Source of the DNA: a virus
Direction: 5' to 3' (one strand)
Virus record (IMG/VR): IMGVR_UViG_3300045988_174992
DNA: 64,000 nt
Part shown: positions 26,464-38,600 of the stretch, in pieces
Position numbering within the stretch: the stretch's first letter is position 1
Layout of the letters: every line of letters starts with the position of its first letter
Position numbers and translations under genes: made by a program
The notes under the pieces: model-generated
What the model was told of the DNA's origin: nothing
The model's database searches: none
The model's input: the letters and a program-made list of their open reading frames with translations, nothing else

Positions 26464-29400
26464 ATGATAACTAACAATTCTATAAAAGAGTACTATACAA
26501 AACTCCATGGCATGTACATTCAATGCTATGATATGATAAAAGCAATGACCCAGAGTTTGTCTACTAGAGATAGTCAAATATCTTTAGTAGTCACAAACCC
26601 TCAGGGTGAAAGGGAAACTTTAAGAATACCATCATTCTTATATCTTGACAATAAGATAGAGCAGTTGGATTCTTCATTATCTTCATTAATAGAACTTCCA
26701 AATTCTGGTGAAGCTTGGTTGGAGTCAACAAATGACTTGTATAAGATAAAGATGGTTAAGAATGGAATTTCTCCTTCAACACCTAAATTAGAATCTGCAA
26801 ATCCTATTGCGCTATTCAAAGATAACAATTTCTTAAAAGACTTAGTTTCTCCTAAGACTTATTTGAAAGTAAATATTCCAAACATGTCAGATATCATATC
26901 TTCAATGATGATGAAAAAGATAGTTATATATGATTATGATATGTATAATGCTTTATCTGGATACTCTTCTTATGAAGATATAAAGACTGCTTTATATGGA
27001 TATGTAAAAGGAAATGATTATGAAGAATATGATAGTGAACTTGATATTCCTATTAAGCAAGAAAGATATAGAAGTGCATTCAGAATAGAATCTATTCCGA
27101 CAAAAGAAGAATTAGGAAATAATAATCCACATGCTGTTTCTGTTGGTTCAAAACTTTCTTATGTTTTAAACTTAGATACATTTGAATATTTCAATTCAGA
27201 AGATTCAACTATTTCTTATCAGTTGAAAGCAGGTGATTTCTTATGCATGAAAGGACAATCTACTACATGGAAAGTAAAGAATGTAGATTATTCAAATATG
27301 CAGATAGAGATAGAAGAAACTTCTGGGCATACTGCATTACAAACCACAGAAGAAAATGCTGATATGGTTTTCTCTATATACAACAACAATTATTCAGACT
27401 ATCATTATGTTGAAGTACCATTAGAGGAAAACCAATATATCATAGTATTCTTATCAGCAATATCAAACAATACTAGATCTTCTTGGTCTACTCCATTGTT
27501 TTGTGATCTCAATTCTATATATGTGAAAGATGCTGGTGGTAATTTTGTACAAGATGAATACGGCAACAACCTTTCTTATCTGAAATATTATAAGAAATAT
27601 TGTACAAATATTGGTGATTTGATTCTTGGTATAACAAATACTGCTTATCCCCAAATAAGCAACTTTACTATGTCACAATTGGAATCATTACAGGATTCTG
27701 ATGATATGCAAATAGCTGTATCTAATACATTTGATACAGAAAACATATTGCAAGTTGTACCAATCAATAAGCATTTAGTAGATGATACAAGTAATGAAGA
27801 GATAAAGAGCTTACATGCTTCTAAGAATGATTTCCAACAACAAATATCTGCTAAGCAATCTGAAATTAATGAAGTGACAAATAAGCTCATGACTACTGAT
27901 TTCTCTAAAGAGATAACAGTAACTCAGAACTCTCTTAAAACCCAGCTTAATTCTCTATATACAGAAAAGACACATCTACAGTCACAGTTGAATTCTATAG
28001 TAGATGAAATAAACATAAAATCTACTGATTTAGATGTTACTGGAAATGAAGTAAAATATAGAGTAAGAGGAGTAACAGATGTAAAGTATCTTTCTCAACT
28101 TATTTCTTCAATAGGTAATGGAATAGATGTAGAGATAATTGGATGTGATGTTGAGTATAAATACAAATCAACAAATAAAGAAAACAACCAACTCATATCT
28201 ATAGATTCTTCTACTTTTACTGATTGGAATAGATTAAATAATATAGATAGACAAAGAAAGCTGGTATTTGACAATTCTGTTGGAGTTGAATTTGTTGATT
28301 ATTCTACAACAGATAACATTATCAAGTGGAATCAAATTGATATCCCAATACAGCAAGGTGAAGATGTAATCATAAGATTGAGATATAAACTCAATATTGG
28401 ACAACCATTTATTTCTATCTATACCCCTTGGAGTGATGAAAAGACTGTAGTATTCCCATCACAGTATAAGTCTAATATAGATTTGACAACTATACTTACA
28501 GAAAATGATAAAGATACTGTTACTTCATCGTTCTCAAAAACTTTGATAGATGATGGATATACAGAGCATATACAAGATAAAGTAATAAGTTCAGATCAAA
28601 CTTTCTTCCATACACCAGAAAACATATATTCTGGTTTCAACACAGCAGAAAATAAGATGATATCATTGAAGGATAAACTTAATGATATGAATAATAATGT
28701 TGAAAAATGGAAGACTTTGATAGATAATGAGTCAAATAGTAAATTTGAAGTATACTTGACTTATGATGATTATTCTATATTATTGTCACCTAATACAAAA
28801 AATTCAGTAAATATATATAACATCAACCATATTTCTGATATATTCATTAAGAAAAATATGAATATAGTAATAAAGAATACTGGTGATGTTAGACTTAATC
28901 TCTATAGTATATTCCCTGGCAATACAAATACCCCATTGATAAATTGTAATGTTGATTCTTATAATTCTAACTTAGCTAACTTTGAAAGAGTTCCAATGTT
29001 AGTAAACAATAAGATATCTGCACAGTATCTTGGCCAATGGATTTACTTTAGAGAGAATTCTGCTTGGAATGGATCTTCTATATATTTCTCAACCACTGAA
29101 CAGAATGGTAAAGATGAAACAAATGTTTCAAATGGTAATAGATTGGAGTATCAAATAACTCCTTCTAACTATATTGGAATAAAAAACAGACAAGTATTGT
29201 TAGGATATCGACCAAGACAAGGTTCATTACATTATTCTACAATAAGTACAAGTAGTGTAAAATGGAAAGGACTTGTTTTTGATAATATCAATTCTAAAGA
29301 TGGGGTAGATTATACAAAATTATTAGAATATACATCAAAATTAAATGAAATTTCTACTACAGAAAACAAGACTACGGATTCTATCTATGTAGATATAATA

Positions 29401-29901
29401 AAGTCTAATTCTTCTTGGTATAATTACGGGTTATCCAATGACAACAACTGGTTAATGCGATATGAAGATATAGTAAAAGTTTCTTCAAATAATGAAAATG
29501 CTAATTATGAATATCTTACAAATAATACTACATTCAGATCATTTATAAGTAGTGGTGGAAGCATAAAGAATTTCTCATCACAAAACAGTTTTGTCGGTGG
29601 ATTTGTTTACCCATCTTTGCTTTCATTAGATACTATACTTACTAGTGGAGAAGACAAAGCTTCTAAATATATTGAAGTTGGAGAAAGCTTGTCAATCCCA
29701 ATAGAATTTGAATATTATACTAATTCAAATAGTAATTCTATAGTGAAATCATTGTATTTTGATTTGAGAAATTCCTTAATAAGAGACCCTTATCATTATA
29801 TGATTGAATTCACAGGAAACTATGATATGTCATCAGAAAATATAGATACATCTTCTAATTCATATAATGCATTTACTGATGAAGTAATATCAATGAAGTA
29901 A
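26464..29901 (+). CDS. large virion structural protein (unassigned)
   Basis: 1145-aa ORF with a central coiled-coil stretch (EIKSLHASKNDFQQQISAKQSEINEVTNKL...). Confidence 0.6.
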   Translation: MITNNSIKEYYTKLHGMYIQCYDMIKAMTQSLSTRDSQISLVVTNPQGERETLRIPSFLYLDNKIEQLDSSLSSLIELPNSGEAWLESTNDLYKIKMVKNGISPSTPKLESANPIALFKDNNFLKDLVSPKTYLKVNIPNMSDIISSMMMKKIVIYDYDMYNALSGYSSYEDIKTALYGYVKGNDYEEYDSELDIPIKQERYRSAFRIESIPTKEELGNNNPHAVSVGSKLSYVLNLDTFEYFNSEDSTISYQLKAGDFLCMKGQSTTWKVKNVDYSNMQIEIEETSGHTALQTTEENADMVFSIYNNNYSDYHYVEVPLEENQYIIVFLSAISNNTRSSWSTPLFCDLNSIYVKDAGGNFVQDEYGNNLSYLKYYKKYCTNIGDLILGITNTAYPQISNFTMSQLESLQDSDDMQIAVSNTFDTENILQVVPINKHLVDDTSNEEIKSLHASKNDFQQQISAKQSEINEVTNKLMTTDFSKEITVTQNSLKTQLNSLYTEKTHLQSQLNSIVDEINIKSTDLDVTGNEVKYRVRGVTDVKYLSQLISSIGNGIDVEIIGCDVEYKYKSTNKENNQLISIDSSTFTDWNRLNNIDRQRKLVFDNSVGVEFVDYSTTDNIIKWNQIDIPIQQGEDVIIRLRYKLNIGQPFISIYTPWSDEKTVVFPSQYKSNIDLTTILTENDKDTVTSSFSKTLIDDGYTEHIQDKVISSDQTFFHTPENIYSGFNTAENKMISLKDKLNDMNNNVEKWKTLIDNESNSKFEVYLTYDDYSILLSPNTKNSVNIYNINHISDIFIKKNMNIVIKNTGDVRLNLYSIFPGNTNTPLINCNVDSYNSNLANFERVPMLVNNKISAQYLGQWIYFRENSAWNGSSIYFSTTEQNGKDETNVSNGNRLEYQITPSNYIGIKNRQVLLGYRPRQGSLHYSTISTSSVKWKGLVFDNINSKDGVDYTKLLEYTSKLNEISTTENKTTDSIYVDIIKSNSSWYNYGLSNDNNWLMRYEDIVKVSSNNENANYEYLTNNTTFRSFISSGGSIKNFSSQNSFVGGFVYPSLLSLDTILTSGEDKASKYIEVGESLSIPIEFEYYTNSNSNSIVKSLYFDLRNSLIRDPYHYMIEFTGNYDMSSENIDTSSNSYNAFTDEVISMK

Positions 29902-29924
29902 AATATAAGTAAATAATTGAATAA

Positions 29925-31682
29925 ATGGCAATTTCAGAATATAATAAAGTAAGTTTCATTACTTCATCATCAACCAAAATACCTAAGATGCTAAACAGAA
30001 CTGGTTCACTCATAGTTCTGTCTAGTATCTTATCTAACAATCATAAGAGAACTTCTCTTTGGTTGAGAGGTAACTTGATTGCTAGTGGATGGGGATTAGA
30101 AAAAGAAGAAAATATGAATAATGCTGAATGGATTGCAATGTCATACAATCCAATATTCAGTCAAACATTTGGAATGTCTTACTTTTCACCTGAAGAAGAC
30201 GTAGTAGAAACTATAGATAATCCAAGATCTATAGAAATGTGGTTGAAACATAATCACAACTATACAGATACTTGTTACAATAATCTCTATACTTATGCAT
30301 CTGATCAATTTACTAAGATAAACAAAGATATAAATGGTATAAAAAATGATATTGGAAATATTGATATAAAACTCAATAAATACAAAGATGAAACTTATAC
30401 TTATGTAGCAACTGCTAAAGAAAATTGCTATACATATACAAAATATTGGGTAGACAGAATTATAGGAGGTGCACCAGATTTCTTAGATTCTTTAGATGAA
30501 ATAAAGAATTTCTTGAAGAATGATAGAGAAAATCACATGGCAACTCTTGCTAAGATTCAGAATATTGATAAATATTCTGTTAAGAGAGAAGATGAAATAA
30601 GTTCTGATGGAAAGCTATATACTTACATATCCACAAAATCCACTTATGAATATGTTGACAAGAATATAACGTATGAAGGTACTTATGAATATATAACTTA
30701 TGATAGTGATGGAAATCCAATAAAGAATACAGGTACTTATACTTATTATGGAACCTCTGTTTATGAAGGTGGACAGATATCTTTGAATTCTTTCCAAGTA
30801 TGCACTGGAGAAAAATGGAAAAATACTCCGTTGGATAGGCTTTTGAATTTATTAGTAGAACCATATCCTTATAAGAAACCTGTATTGAATAATGTAGTTA
30901 TAAATGATGTTTCATTAGAAAATTGGTCTAATGAAGTAATTGAATATAATTCAAAAGTGAATTTAGATACAATTAAACTAGATATATCATTAAATGATGC
31001 TTCTTCCACTACATTAACATTTGAAAATTCCATATTGAAGAATACAGCTTCTTTAAGAAATGGATTAAACAATGTAACCGGATTGTTGAATTCAATATCT
31101 ACTATATCAAAGAACCCTACCACTAAAGCAGAAGCATTAAATTTGATAAATAAGGAGTATACATTGAATGCTAACATGAAATATCAGTTCAACCATGGTA
31201 AAGCTAATGTAAACTTATATCCACAACTAAAATCTTTGAATATAGAAGATACAGATCATGCATTTGCTGAAGGTCTTACAGAGAAAACATATTTCCCAAA
31301 AATCAATAAGAAATTTTCATTTAAGGTTTTCTGGGGTATAACTGATCAAAGTGCTCCTACAACAGCAAATGGACTTAGTGGACAATCAAGCAAATTGATT
31401 GATTCAAAAGAATCTACCGGACAACTTAAAATAACCAACTTATCAGGACAATATATAATTTGGATTGCTTTACCTGCCCCATTATTTGACAATTCTAAGG
31501 TAATAATGAAATCATGGAATTCAGGAATTGAAAACGATATAACAGAGATAAATTCAGTAATGTTGAAAAAGCATATTTCTGATAAGTACGTCTATAATGG
31601 AACAGAATACAAAACATTCTATTTAGAAAATATTGAATACACAATGTTTGCAGATACCATGACTTTAGAAGTCAATTTTTAA
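29925..31682 (+). CDS. tail-fibre-like structural protein
   Basis: 585 aa with a coiled segment (DINGIKNDIGNIDIKLNKYKDE). Immediately precedes the two fibre genes. Confidence 0.5.
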   Translation: MAISEYNKVSFITSSSTKIPKMLNRTGSLIVLSSILSNNHKRTSLWLRGNLIASGWGLEKEENMNNAEWIAMSYNPIFSQTFGMSYFSPEEDVVETIDNPRSIEMWLKHNHNYTDTCYNNLYTYASDQFTKINKDINGIKNDIGNIDIKLNKYKDETYTYVATAKENCYTYTKYWVDRIIGGAPDFLDSLDEIKNFLKNDRENHMATLAKIQNIDKYSVKREDEISSDGKLYTYISTKSTYEYVDKNITYEGTYEYITYDSDGNPIKNTGTYTYYGTSVYEGGQISLNSFQVCTGEKWKNTPLDRLLNLLVEPYPYKKPVLNNVVINDVSLENWSNEVIEYNSKVNLDTIKLDISLNDASSTTLTFENSILKNTASLRNGLNNVTGLLNSISTISKNPTTKAEALNLINKEYTLNANMKYQFNHGKANVNLYPQLKSLNIEDTDHAFAEGLTEKTYFPKINKKFSFKVFWGITDQSAPTTANGLSGQSSKLIDSKESTGQLKITNLSGQYIIWIALPAPLFDNSKVIMKSWNSGIENDITEINSVMLKKHISDKYVYNGTEYKTFYLENIEYTMFADTMTLEVNF

Positions 31683-31712
31683 CTAAATCGAATATATTAA
31701 ATAGCCAACAAA

Positions 31713-34700
31713 ATGGGTAATAAAATTCCATCTAGAGTATATGATACAAAAGGAAGAGTTGTAGATGTTGCATTCTCAATGAGAAGAAACACCAAGCAAC
31801 CATTGGATGAATCTTCTCTTCCTTTAAGTTATGATTCTTTAAAAGAAGAGATGAGGACTGGTACTTCATCTATATATAAGGGTCAAATTGTTGTAACTCA
31901 AGGACCTGAAACAATACCAGAAGGAGAAAACCAATCATATTATTATACTCCTTTCCTAATAAAGAATGAAGGTAATAGTGATGTTTCTTATTATGCTGAT
32001 AGAATCATGACTGCTACTTATACTAATACGTTCTTAAATGGAGAATTTGTAAAGAAAAAGCAGTTAGGTACTTCATATACTGGTGTTGGTAAATGGCCAG
32101 ATGCAACAGAAGATAGAGGTTCATTAGCTTACAATGAAATATTCAATGACTATAGTACTTATAGGATTACAAATAACCTTAAAGGTGAAACACCAATAAT
32201 GTCTCATGTTGAAGGTAAGTCGAATACTTTAGCAGGATCTTTTACCCATATAGAAGGATATAACAATACTGGTGGTAGTGATTTTAGTCATGTAGAAGGA
32301 GCAAACAATAATTCTTCTAACAATGCTTCTTATTCACATGTAGAAGGTGAATCAAATTCTGCAATAAATTCAAGCTATTCACATGTTGAAGGTCATTCAA
32401 ACCAGGCAATATCTGCAGCGGCTTCCCATGCTGGTGGTAGTAATTCTAAAGCACTTGGAAACAATGCATTTGTACATGGTACTAACTCTGTTGCTTTTGA
32501 AAATGCTATAGCTATAGGAAAATCAACTTATGCTAAAGCAGGATTTGCTACTGGTATTAATACATCATCTTATGGTATTGGTGCATTTGCAACTGGCAAT
32601 AAGACAATAGCTAATGCTAATTATTCTGTTGCTGAAGGTGAAGGTTCTATATCTAATGGCCAAGGTTCTCATGCTGAAGGTAAAGAATCTAAAGCTTATG
32701 GTAAATATTCGCATGCTGAAGGATTTTCTGTTACTGGTTCATCTACAAATACAGATTTAGGATCCTATTCTCATGCAGAAAATAAGTCAACAGTATTAGG
32801 TACATATTCTCATGCAGAAAACAATGCACAAATAACAGAAACCGCTAACTATGCTCATGCCGAAGGTAGTGGTAAAGCAATTGGTTCATTCTCTCATGTA
32901 GAAGGAACAAACACTGTTACAACAGGTACTGGTGGCCACGCTGAAGGTATTGAAACCAATGCTTATGAATATAGTCATGCTGAAGGCAATTTCTCTTATG
33001 CAAAAGGTACTTATGCTCATGCTGAAGGTAATAGAACAATGTCAGCTGGAACAAGTACACATGCAGAAGGTACTTATACATCAGCTTATTCAATAGCTTC
33101 ACATGCTGAAGGTGGATATGGCATGGCTAATTCAAATTATAGTCATGTTGAAGGTTATAAAACTTATGTTACTTCAAATGCTATAGGTGGACATGCCGAA
33201 GGTAATGGATCATATACAACAGCAGAATATGCTCATGCTGAAGGTGTTGGTACTTATGCTTCTGGATCCGGATCACATGCTGAAGGTATAAGTACTCAAT
33301 CTATAGGTCAATCATCACATGCTGAAGGTAACACCACTATAGCAGAATCTACTTCAGCACATGCAGAAGGTGAGCGTACTAAAGCTATAGGGCAATCATC
33401 CCATGCTGAAGGTGTTTCATCTAATGCTGGTGGAATTGGATCACATGCTGAAGGTAATGGTACTTATGCTAATGGAGTATCATCACATTCACAAGGTGTA
33501 TCAACTTATGCCAATGGAGAAGGATCATTTGCTAGTGGAAATAAGACAACAGCGCAATCTAATTTCTCTTCTTCATTTGGTGTATCAACTTATGCAAACG
33601 GAATTGGCTCTGTATCAGAAGGAAACAATACATCATCTTATGGAGAATTCTCACATTCATCTGGTGTTGGTACTATAGCAAGGGGATCTTACTCTTCTAC
33701 TGATGGTTTCTATACAGTATCTAAGAATAAGACAGAAGTTGGACATGGTACATATAATAGATCATATTATTCTGCTAATGGTTTCTTAGTAGAAAACAAT
33801 GATACTAATAAGATTCCTAATGAATTTGCTCGTGTAAATAACAAATACTTACCAGGTAGATATCCTAATGGAATAGATGGTACTAATAATACAACATCTG
33901 TTGGTTTTTATGAATCCAGTTATGAAACTATTTTCAGTATTGGAAATGGTGGAACTAGTGATACAACAAAAGGCCCTAGTGCTTTATATAAAAAGAAAAT
34001 AGGTGAAACTACTGAAAAGGAACCTATTTATAGTTATGCTGGTAATTATGTAAAAGAAAATTCACGCCATAACATTATGGATATTAGAAAGAATGGTCAG
34101 ATGTATTATGATGGAGGTATGATAATAGGTGGTGAAGTTGTTGCTCCAACATCATATAGCTATGTAAATTCATTAGGTCCAACTGCATATCTGACTACGG
34201 TTATGAGAGCTTTACTTGTACAACCTAAATATTACAGACCTAGTTTACAATATGCTATTTGGTATACTGGAAATAGGATTGCGAACGCAGTTACTTCTAG
34301 TGATAGTGTTGGATGGTCATATTTCCAAAATAGCCAGAATTCTGATGGTATTTGTGAAGTAGGTGCTACAACTAGTTTTGATATACAGTTTAGAGCATTT
34401 AATGTAGGTGTTGATAAACCACAAAACATAGACCCTATATATGGTACTTCATTAGGAAACATGTTGGGTTATTCTACTGGTATAAGGGAAATAACTTATT
34501 TTAAATTACCAGATGGGTCTAATATATCAGCACAAAAATTTGATAAAGTAATACATGATAAAGAATTGCTTGCTGGTATGAAAAGTGATACAGCTTATTA
34601 TTGGCCTAAGAGATTAGTGGCAAACAATGAAGATGTTACAGATCCTAATTATATATATTTGAATGATACTGGAGCAAAAGACCCTTACCATAAATTCAAT

Positions 34701-35591
34701 TGGGCACCTCCTTATGATTATGCTAATTCATATAATTTAGCTTATTATAGTTCATACTGTAATGCTGTGGATAATAGAGGTGCTTTTGGTGAAACCGGTA
34801 AAACAAATTATAACATAGGATTATATTCAACAAGAAGTACAATCTCTAGTTCTATCAAGCTTGATAGGGAAGGTAAATTTACTGTTTGGACAGCATATTC
34901 ATATATATTTAATCCGGCAACCCAAATGTATTTTCAACAACTTATGGAAAAAGCAACATATATACCTGATGATGGTGCCGCACCTTATGATAAATTTACT
35001 GAATTACCTTCATATTCATCTGCATCTTTTACTTTGACGGCAAGATATAGAATATATTATGGTACTACAAATGATGTTCCTTATATAATGGAAAACGGTG
35101 TTCGTAAACCTAATCCATTATGGAAAAAATGGACACAAAATGAATTATTAGGTAAGAAGAATGCTGCTGTTGGAAGATCTAATGGTGATATAGACCATGG
35201 CCATTTATATGGTAATTTACAAGCAGCTTCTGGACAAACACAACAATCTAATGCATCAATAAGTAGATCTGTTAAAACTTGTTGGTTTGCATATCCAACC
35301 AATATATACAGTCTTTACAAACATAATAGTAGCGCTGTACCTAATGGATTCTATATGTATTACAAAAACCAGATGAATGTTGAATCTGCTCTTGATACTG
35401 GTGTTAGAACTCCAGCATCTGATAATGATAATGGGGATGCATTAAGCACAACAAATACTGGACGTGAAAAGTATGAGTTTACTACAGATAATCCAATTAA
35501 TCCTAGTGGATTGAGATATCACATAGTTGCAGTATGTGCACCAGGTGATATTACTAAAGGTACTTGGGGATTCGCATTTAAACGAAAATAA
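31713..35591 (+). CDS. tail fibre/adhesin with SHAEG/SHVEG 14-aa repeats
   Basis: 1292 aa. The shared pre-repeat motif YNEIFNDYS is followed by about 35 repeat units and a large non-repeat C-terminal domain. Confidence 0.75.
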   Translation: MGNKIPSRVYDTKGRVVDVAFSMRRNTKQPLDESSLPLSYDSLKEEMRTGTSSIYKGQIVVTQGPETIPEGENQSYYYTPFLIKNEGNSDVSYYADRIMTATYTNTFLNGEFVKKKQLGTSYTGVGKWPDATEDRGSLAYNEIFNDYSTYRITNNLKGETPIMSHVEGKSNTLAGSFTHIEGYNNTGGSDFSHVEGANNNSSNNASYSHVEGESNSAINSSYSHVEGHSNQAISAAASHAGGSNSKALGNNAFVHGTNSVAFENAIAIGKSTYAKAGFATGINTSSYGIGAFATGNKTIANANYSVAEGEGSISNGQGSHAEGKESKAYGKYSHAEGFSVTGSSTNTDLGSYSHAENKSTVLGTYSHAENNAQITETANYAHAEGSGKAIGSFSHVEGTNTVTTGTGGHAEGIETNAYEYSHAEGNFSYAKGTYAHAEGNRTMSAGTSTHAEGTYTSAYSIASHAEGGYGMANSNYSHVEGYKTYVTSNAIGGHAEGNGSYTTAEYAHAEGVGTYASGSGSHAEGISTQSIGQSSHAEGNTTIAESTSAHAEGERTKAIGQSSHAEGVSSNAGGIGSHAEGNGTYANGVSSHSQGVSTYANGEGSFASGNKTTAQSNFSSSFGVSTYANGIGSVSEGNNTSSYGEFSHSSGVGTIARGSYSSTDGFYTVSKNKTEVGHGTYNRSYYSANGFLVENNDTNKIPNEFARVNNKYLPGRYPNGIDGTNNTTSVGFYESSYETIFSIGNGGTSDTTKGPSALYKKKIGETTEKEPIYSYAGNYVKENSRHNIMDIRKNGQMYYDGGMIIGGEVVAPTSYSYVNSLGPTAYLTTVMRALLVQPKYYRPSLQYAIWYTGNRIANAVTSSDSVGWSYFQNSQNSDGICEVGATTSFDIQFRAFNVGVDKPQNIDPIYGTSLGNMLGYSTGIREITYFKLPDGSNISAQKFDKVIHDKELLAGMKSDTAYYWPKRLVANNEDVTDPNYIYLNDTGAKDPYHKFNWAPPYDYANSYNLAYYSSYCNAVDNRGAFGETGKTNYNIGLYSTRSTISSSIKLDREGKFTVWTAYSYIFNPATQMYFQQLMEKATYIPDDGAAPYDKFTELPSYSSASFTLTARYRIYYGTTNDVPYIMENGVRKPNPLWKKWTQNELLGKKNAAVGRSNGDIDHGHLYGNLQAASGQTQQSNASISRSVKTCWFAYPTNIYSLYKHNSSAVPNGFYMYYKNQMNVESALDTGVRTPASDNDNGDALSTTNTGREKYEFTTDNPINPSGLRYHIVAVCAPGDITKGTWGFAFKRK
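32205..33708 (+). repeat. 42-nt periodic coding repeat array
   Basis: tc(a/t)catgc(t/a)gaaggt cores recur every 42 nt. Confidence 0.7.
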
Positions 35592-35597
35592 ATATTG

Positions 35598-35623
35598 AAA
35601 GGAGGAACTTAAGTTCCTTCTTT
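35598..35623 (+). terminator. intrinsic terminator
   Basis: aaaggaggaactt|aagttccttcttt palindrome followed by TTTTT. Confidence 0.65.
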
Positions 35624-35633
35624 TTTATTGATA

Positions 35634-35649
35634 ATATTTTTATATAATA
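35634..35649 (+). promoter_or_regulatory. ATATTTTTATATAATA box (late-type promoter candidate)
   Basis: Variant of the GCAATTTTTATATA box, ending 28 nt before ATG 35678. Confidence 0.35.
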
Positions 35650-35677
35650 CAAAAGAACATTTCTAATATAAGATATT

Positions 35678-38600
35678 ATGGCAGTAAAACCAATAGGAAC
35701 AACCGCACTTACATGGGGTAGCTTGCTAGGTAGAGGTAACCGAGAACCAATTGATGCAACTCAATTGAATTATTCTTATACTGATCTCCTCTGGGAATTG
35801 AATCAAAGAACAGTATCATATCAAATTGGTACAAATAATGGTGGATCAGGTAACTATTATGTTGGATTAATTACAGCGGTACCTTATGTAAATGAAGATG
35901 ATAAAAGAAAAGATAGTCATTATACAGTAGATGCTAATGGTAATAAGAAATTAGAAACTATAAATATGAAAGGTCCTTGGTATGTATCTTATAAAGGTAC
36001 AGACAAAGGAAGAGGTACTGCGAAAAATAAATATGGTTTTGTTCCTGATGGTAATCCTAATACATATTATGCAGATAGAATAGTACTTAAGCAAGAGATG
36101 GACTATACTCTTGATAATGGTTTTGTTCGTAAAACACAGCTTGGTACTTATTATACAGGTGTTGGTCATTGGTATGACAGCTATACTAAATCAAAAACTT
36201 ATGCAAATGGTTTAGAATGTCCTGATGGTGTTTATTTTCCTACTACTTCTTATGCTGAAATATTCAATAACTATACATATAATGTAGCTACTGGTATATT
36301 TTCTCATGCCGAAGGTGGAAGTACTACGGCAAGTGGACATTCTTCACATGCTGAAGGTGGGGGTACTACGGCAAGTGGACATTCTTCACATGCTGAAGGA
36401 AACAATACTACATCAAGTGGAGGTAGTTCTCATGCTGAAGGAAAAAATACTAAGGCAAGTGGAAATGAATCTCATGCTGAAGGAGAAAACACCACAGCAA
36501 GTGGAGGTGGTTCTCATGCTGAAGGTATAAGTACTCAATCTATAGGTCAATCATCACATGCTGAAGGTACTTTATCTTATGCTGGTGGAAATGAATCTCA
36601 TGCTGAAGGTAATAATACTAAAGCTAATGGAGATAGTTCCCATGCTGAAGGTGGAAGTACTACAGCAAGTGCACATTATTCACATGCAGAAGGTTATAGT
36701 ACTACAGCAAGTGGAGATTTTTCTCATGCCGAAGGTGGAGATACTACGGCAAGCGGAGATCATTCACATGCAGAAGGTTACTATACTAAAGCAAGTGGAA
36801 GTTGTTCTCATGCTGAAGGTACTGGTACTACGGCAAGCGGAGATTATTCACATGCTGAAGGTCACTATGCTAAAGCAAGCGGAGATTATTCACATGCTGA
36901 AGGTCACTATGCTGAAGCAAGCGAAGATTATTCACATGCTGAAGGTGGAAGTACTACGGCAAGTGGATATTATTCACATGCTGAAGGTATTGGTACTACA
37001 GCAAGTGGATATTATTCACATGCTGAAGGTTCTGGTACTACAGCAAGTGGATATTATTCACATGCTGAAGGTGATAGTACCAAGGCTACTGGATTTAGAT
37101 CTCATGCTGAAGGTACTGGTACTACGGCAAGCGGAGATCATTCACATGCAGAAGGTGCTCTTACTACAGCAAGTGCACATTATTCACATGCTGAAGGTTA
37201 TTCTACTTATGTACATAGTACTGCTGAAAACTCTCATGCTGAAGGTTTTGGATCTTACACTAACGGATTAAATGCACATGCAGAAAACAGTTCTTATGCA
37301 AATGGAAAGAATTCACATTCTGGAGGTGAAGCAACTGCTGATGGGGTCAATTCATTTGCTCATGGTGTAAAAGGAACATTAGCTTCTGGGGTGAATAGTA
37401 TAGCTTTAGTTTCTGGAACTGCATCAGGATCTAATTCTATTGCTTTTACCGGTACTGCTTCTGGTAATAGTTCTATATCTTTAGATGGTACAGCTTCTGG
37501 ATCTAATTCTGTTTCTATACAAGGTACAGCTAAATCAACAGATAGTGTTGCTATTGGACAAGGTGCTATAGCAGAAACAGGCCAAGGTGCTATGGCTTTA
37601 ATAAAAGGACATGCTACTGGACAACAATCATTAGCTACTAATACAAGTTCTGCTTCAGGAACAAATTCCGTAGCTATGAATGTAAGTTCTGCTTCTAATA
37701 CCCAATCATTTGCTGTAAATAATAGTACTGCTTCAGGTATAAATTCTGCATCAACCAATAAAGGTAATGCTTCTGGTGAAAATTCTATTTCTACCAATAT
37801 AAGTACTGCAACTGGAGTTAATTCTGCTGCTTTAAATAATGGTAATGCTTCTGGTGAGGGATCTGTTGCTATGAACTATAGTCAAGCTACTGGTAAAGGT
37901 AGTGTTGCTATTGGTTTAAATACTATTGCATCTGGTGAATATTCACTTTCTCATGGTCATGAAACAAGAATTTCAGGAAATTATAGTGTAGGTTTAGGAC
38001 AAGGAATAAAAGTTTCATCAAACACAAATGTTAGCACTGGTAAGTTTAATAAAGATGAAGCAAGCTACTTTGCTGTTGGTATTGGTATTTCTGATACAAA
38101 TAGAAAGAATGCATTTTGGATTAGCCAGGGTACAACAGCTGGTACTAATGGGGTAAGTTATTTCAGTAACAATACTTATGTATATGGCAATACTTATGAT
38201 CCAAGTCAATATCCAAATAATAAAGAAGATAAGTCATGGTCAGTTGCAGTAACATATAATATGTACAGAAATAGCTATACTTATTTGTATAATACAATAG
38301 ATGATAAATTTGCCACTTTTGGTACCGGAACATATTTTACTCATTCAATTGATGGATTGACTTATACTCCTACTACTAATGTATTCCATTGGAAAACACA
38401 AATATTTGATAAAGATAATAATATCTGGCCTAAACAATCATATTCTTTTACATTTACCCAAGCAAACCATACCAATGCAGGTGTAATGTCTGCTGAAGAT
38501 AAGAGAAGATTAGATAGTATAAAGGGATTTACTTATGATAATGGTAATACCCATGAATACAATTTTAATGAAAATCATACAAAGGGTGATAATTTACATA

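Noticed and set aside
33276-36569. Diversity-generating retroelement (template/variable repeat pair) acting on the fibres
   Set aside because: The shared 55-nt tract is identical rather than adenine-mutated, lies mid-gene rather than in a C-terminal lectin fold, and no reverse transcriptase is present in the window.
36306-37271. ORFs 36306-36530 and 36558-37271 (MLKV... repeats), plus 33403-33678 and reverse ORF 37360-37797
   Set aside because: These are alternative-frame or antisense readings of the 42-bp SHAEG/NSxAxG coding repeats. Their periodic low-complexity products and complete nesting inside strong fibre ORFs mark them as artefacts.
36296-37313. CRISPR-like regular repeats
   Set aside because: The 42-bp periodicity has no unique spacers, lies entirely in frame within a fibre ORF and encodes the 14-aa SHAEG unit.
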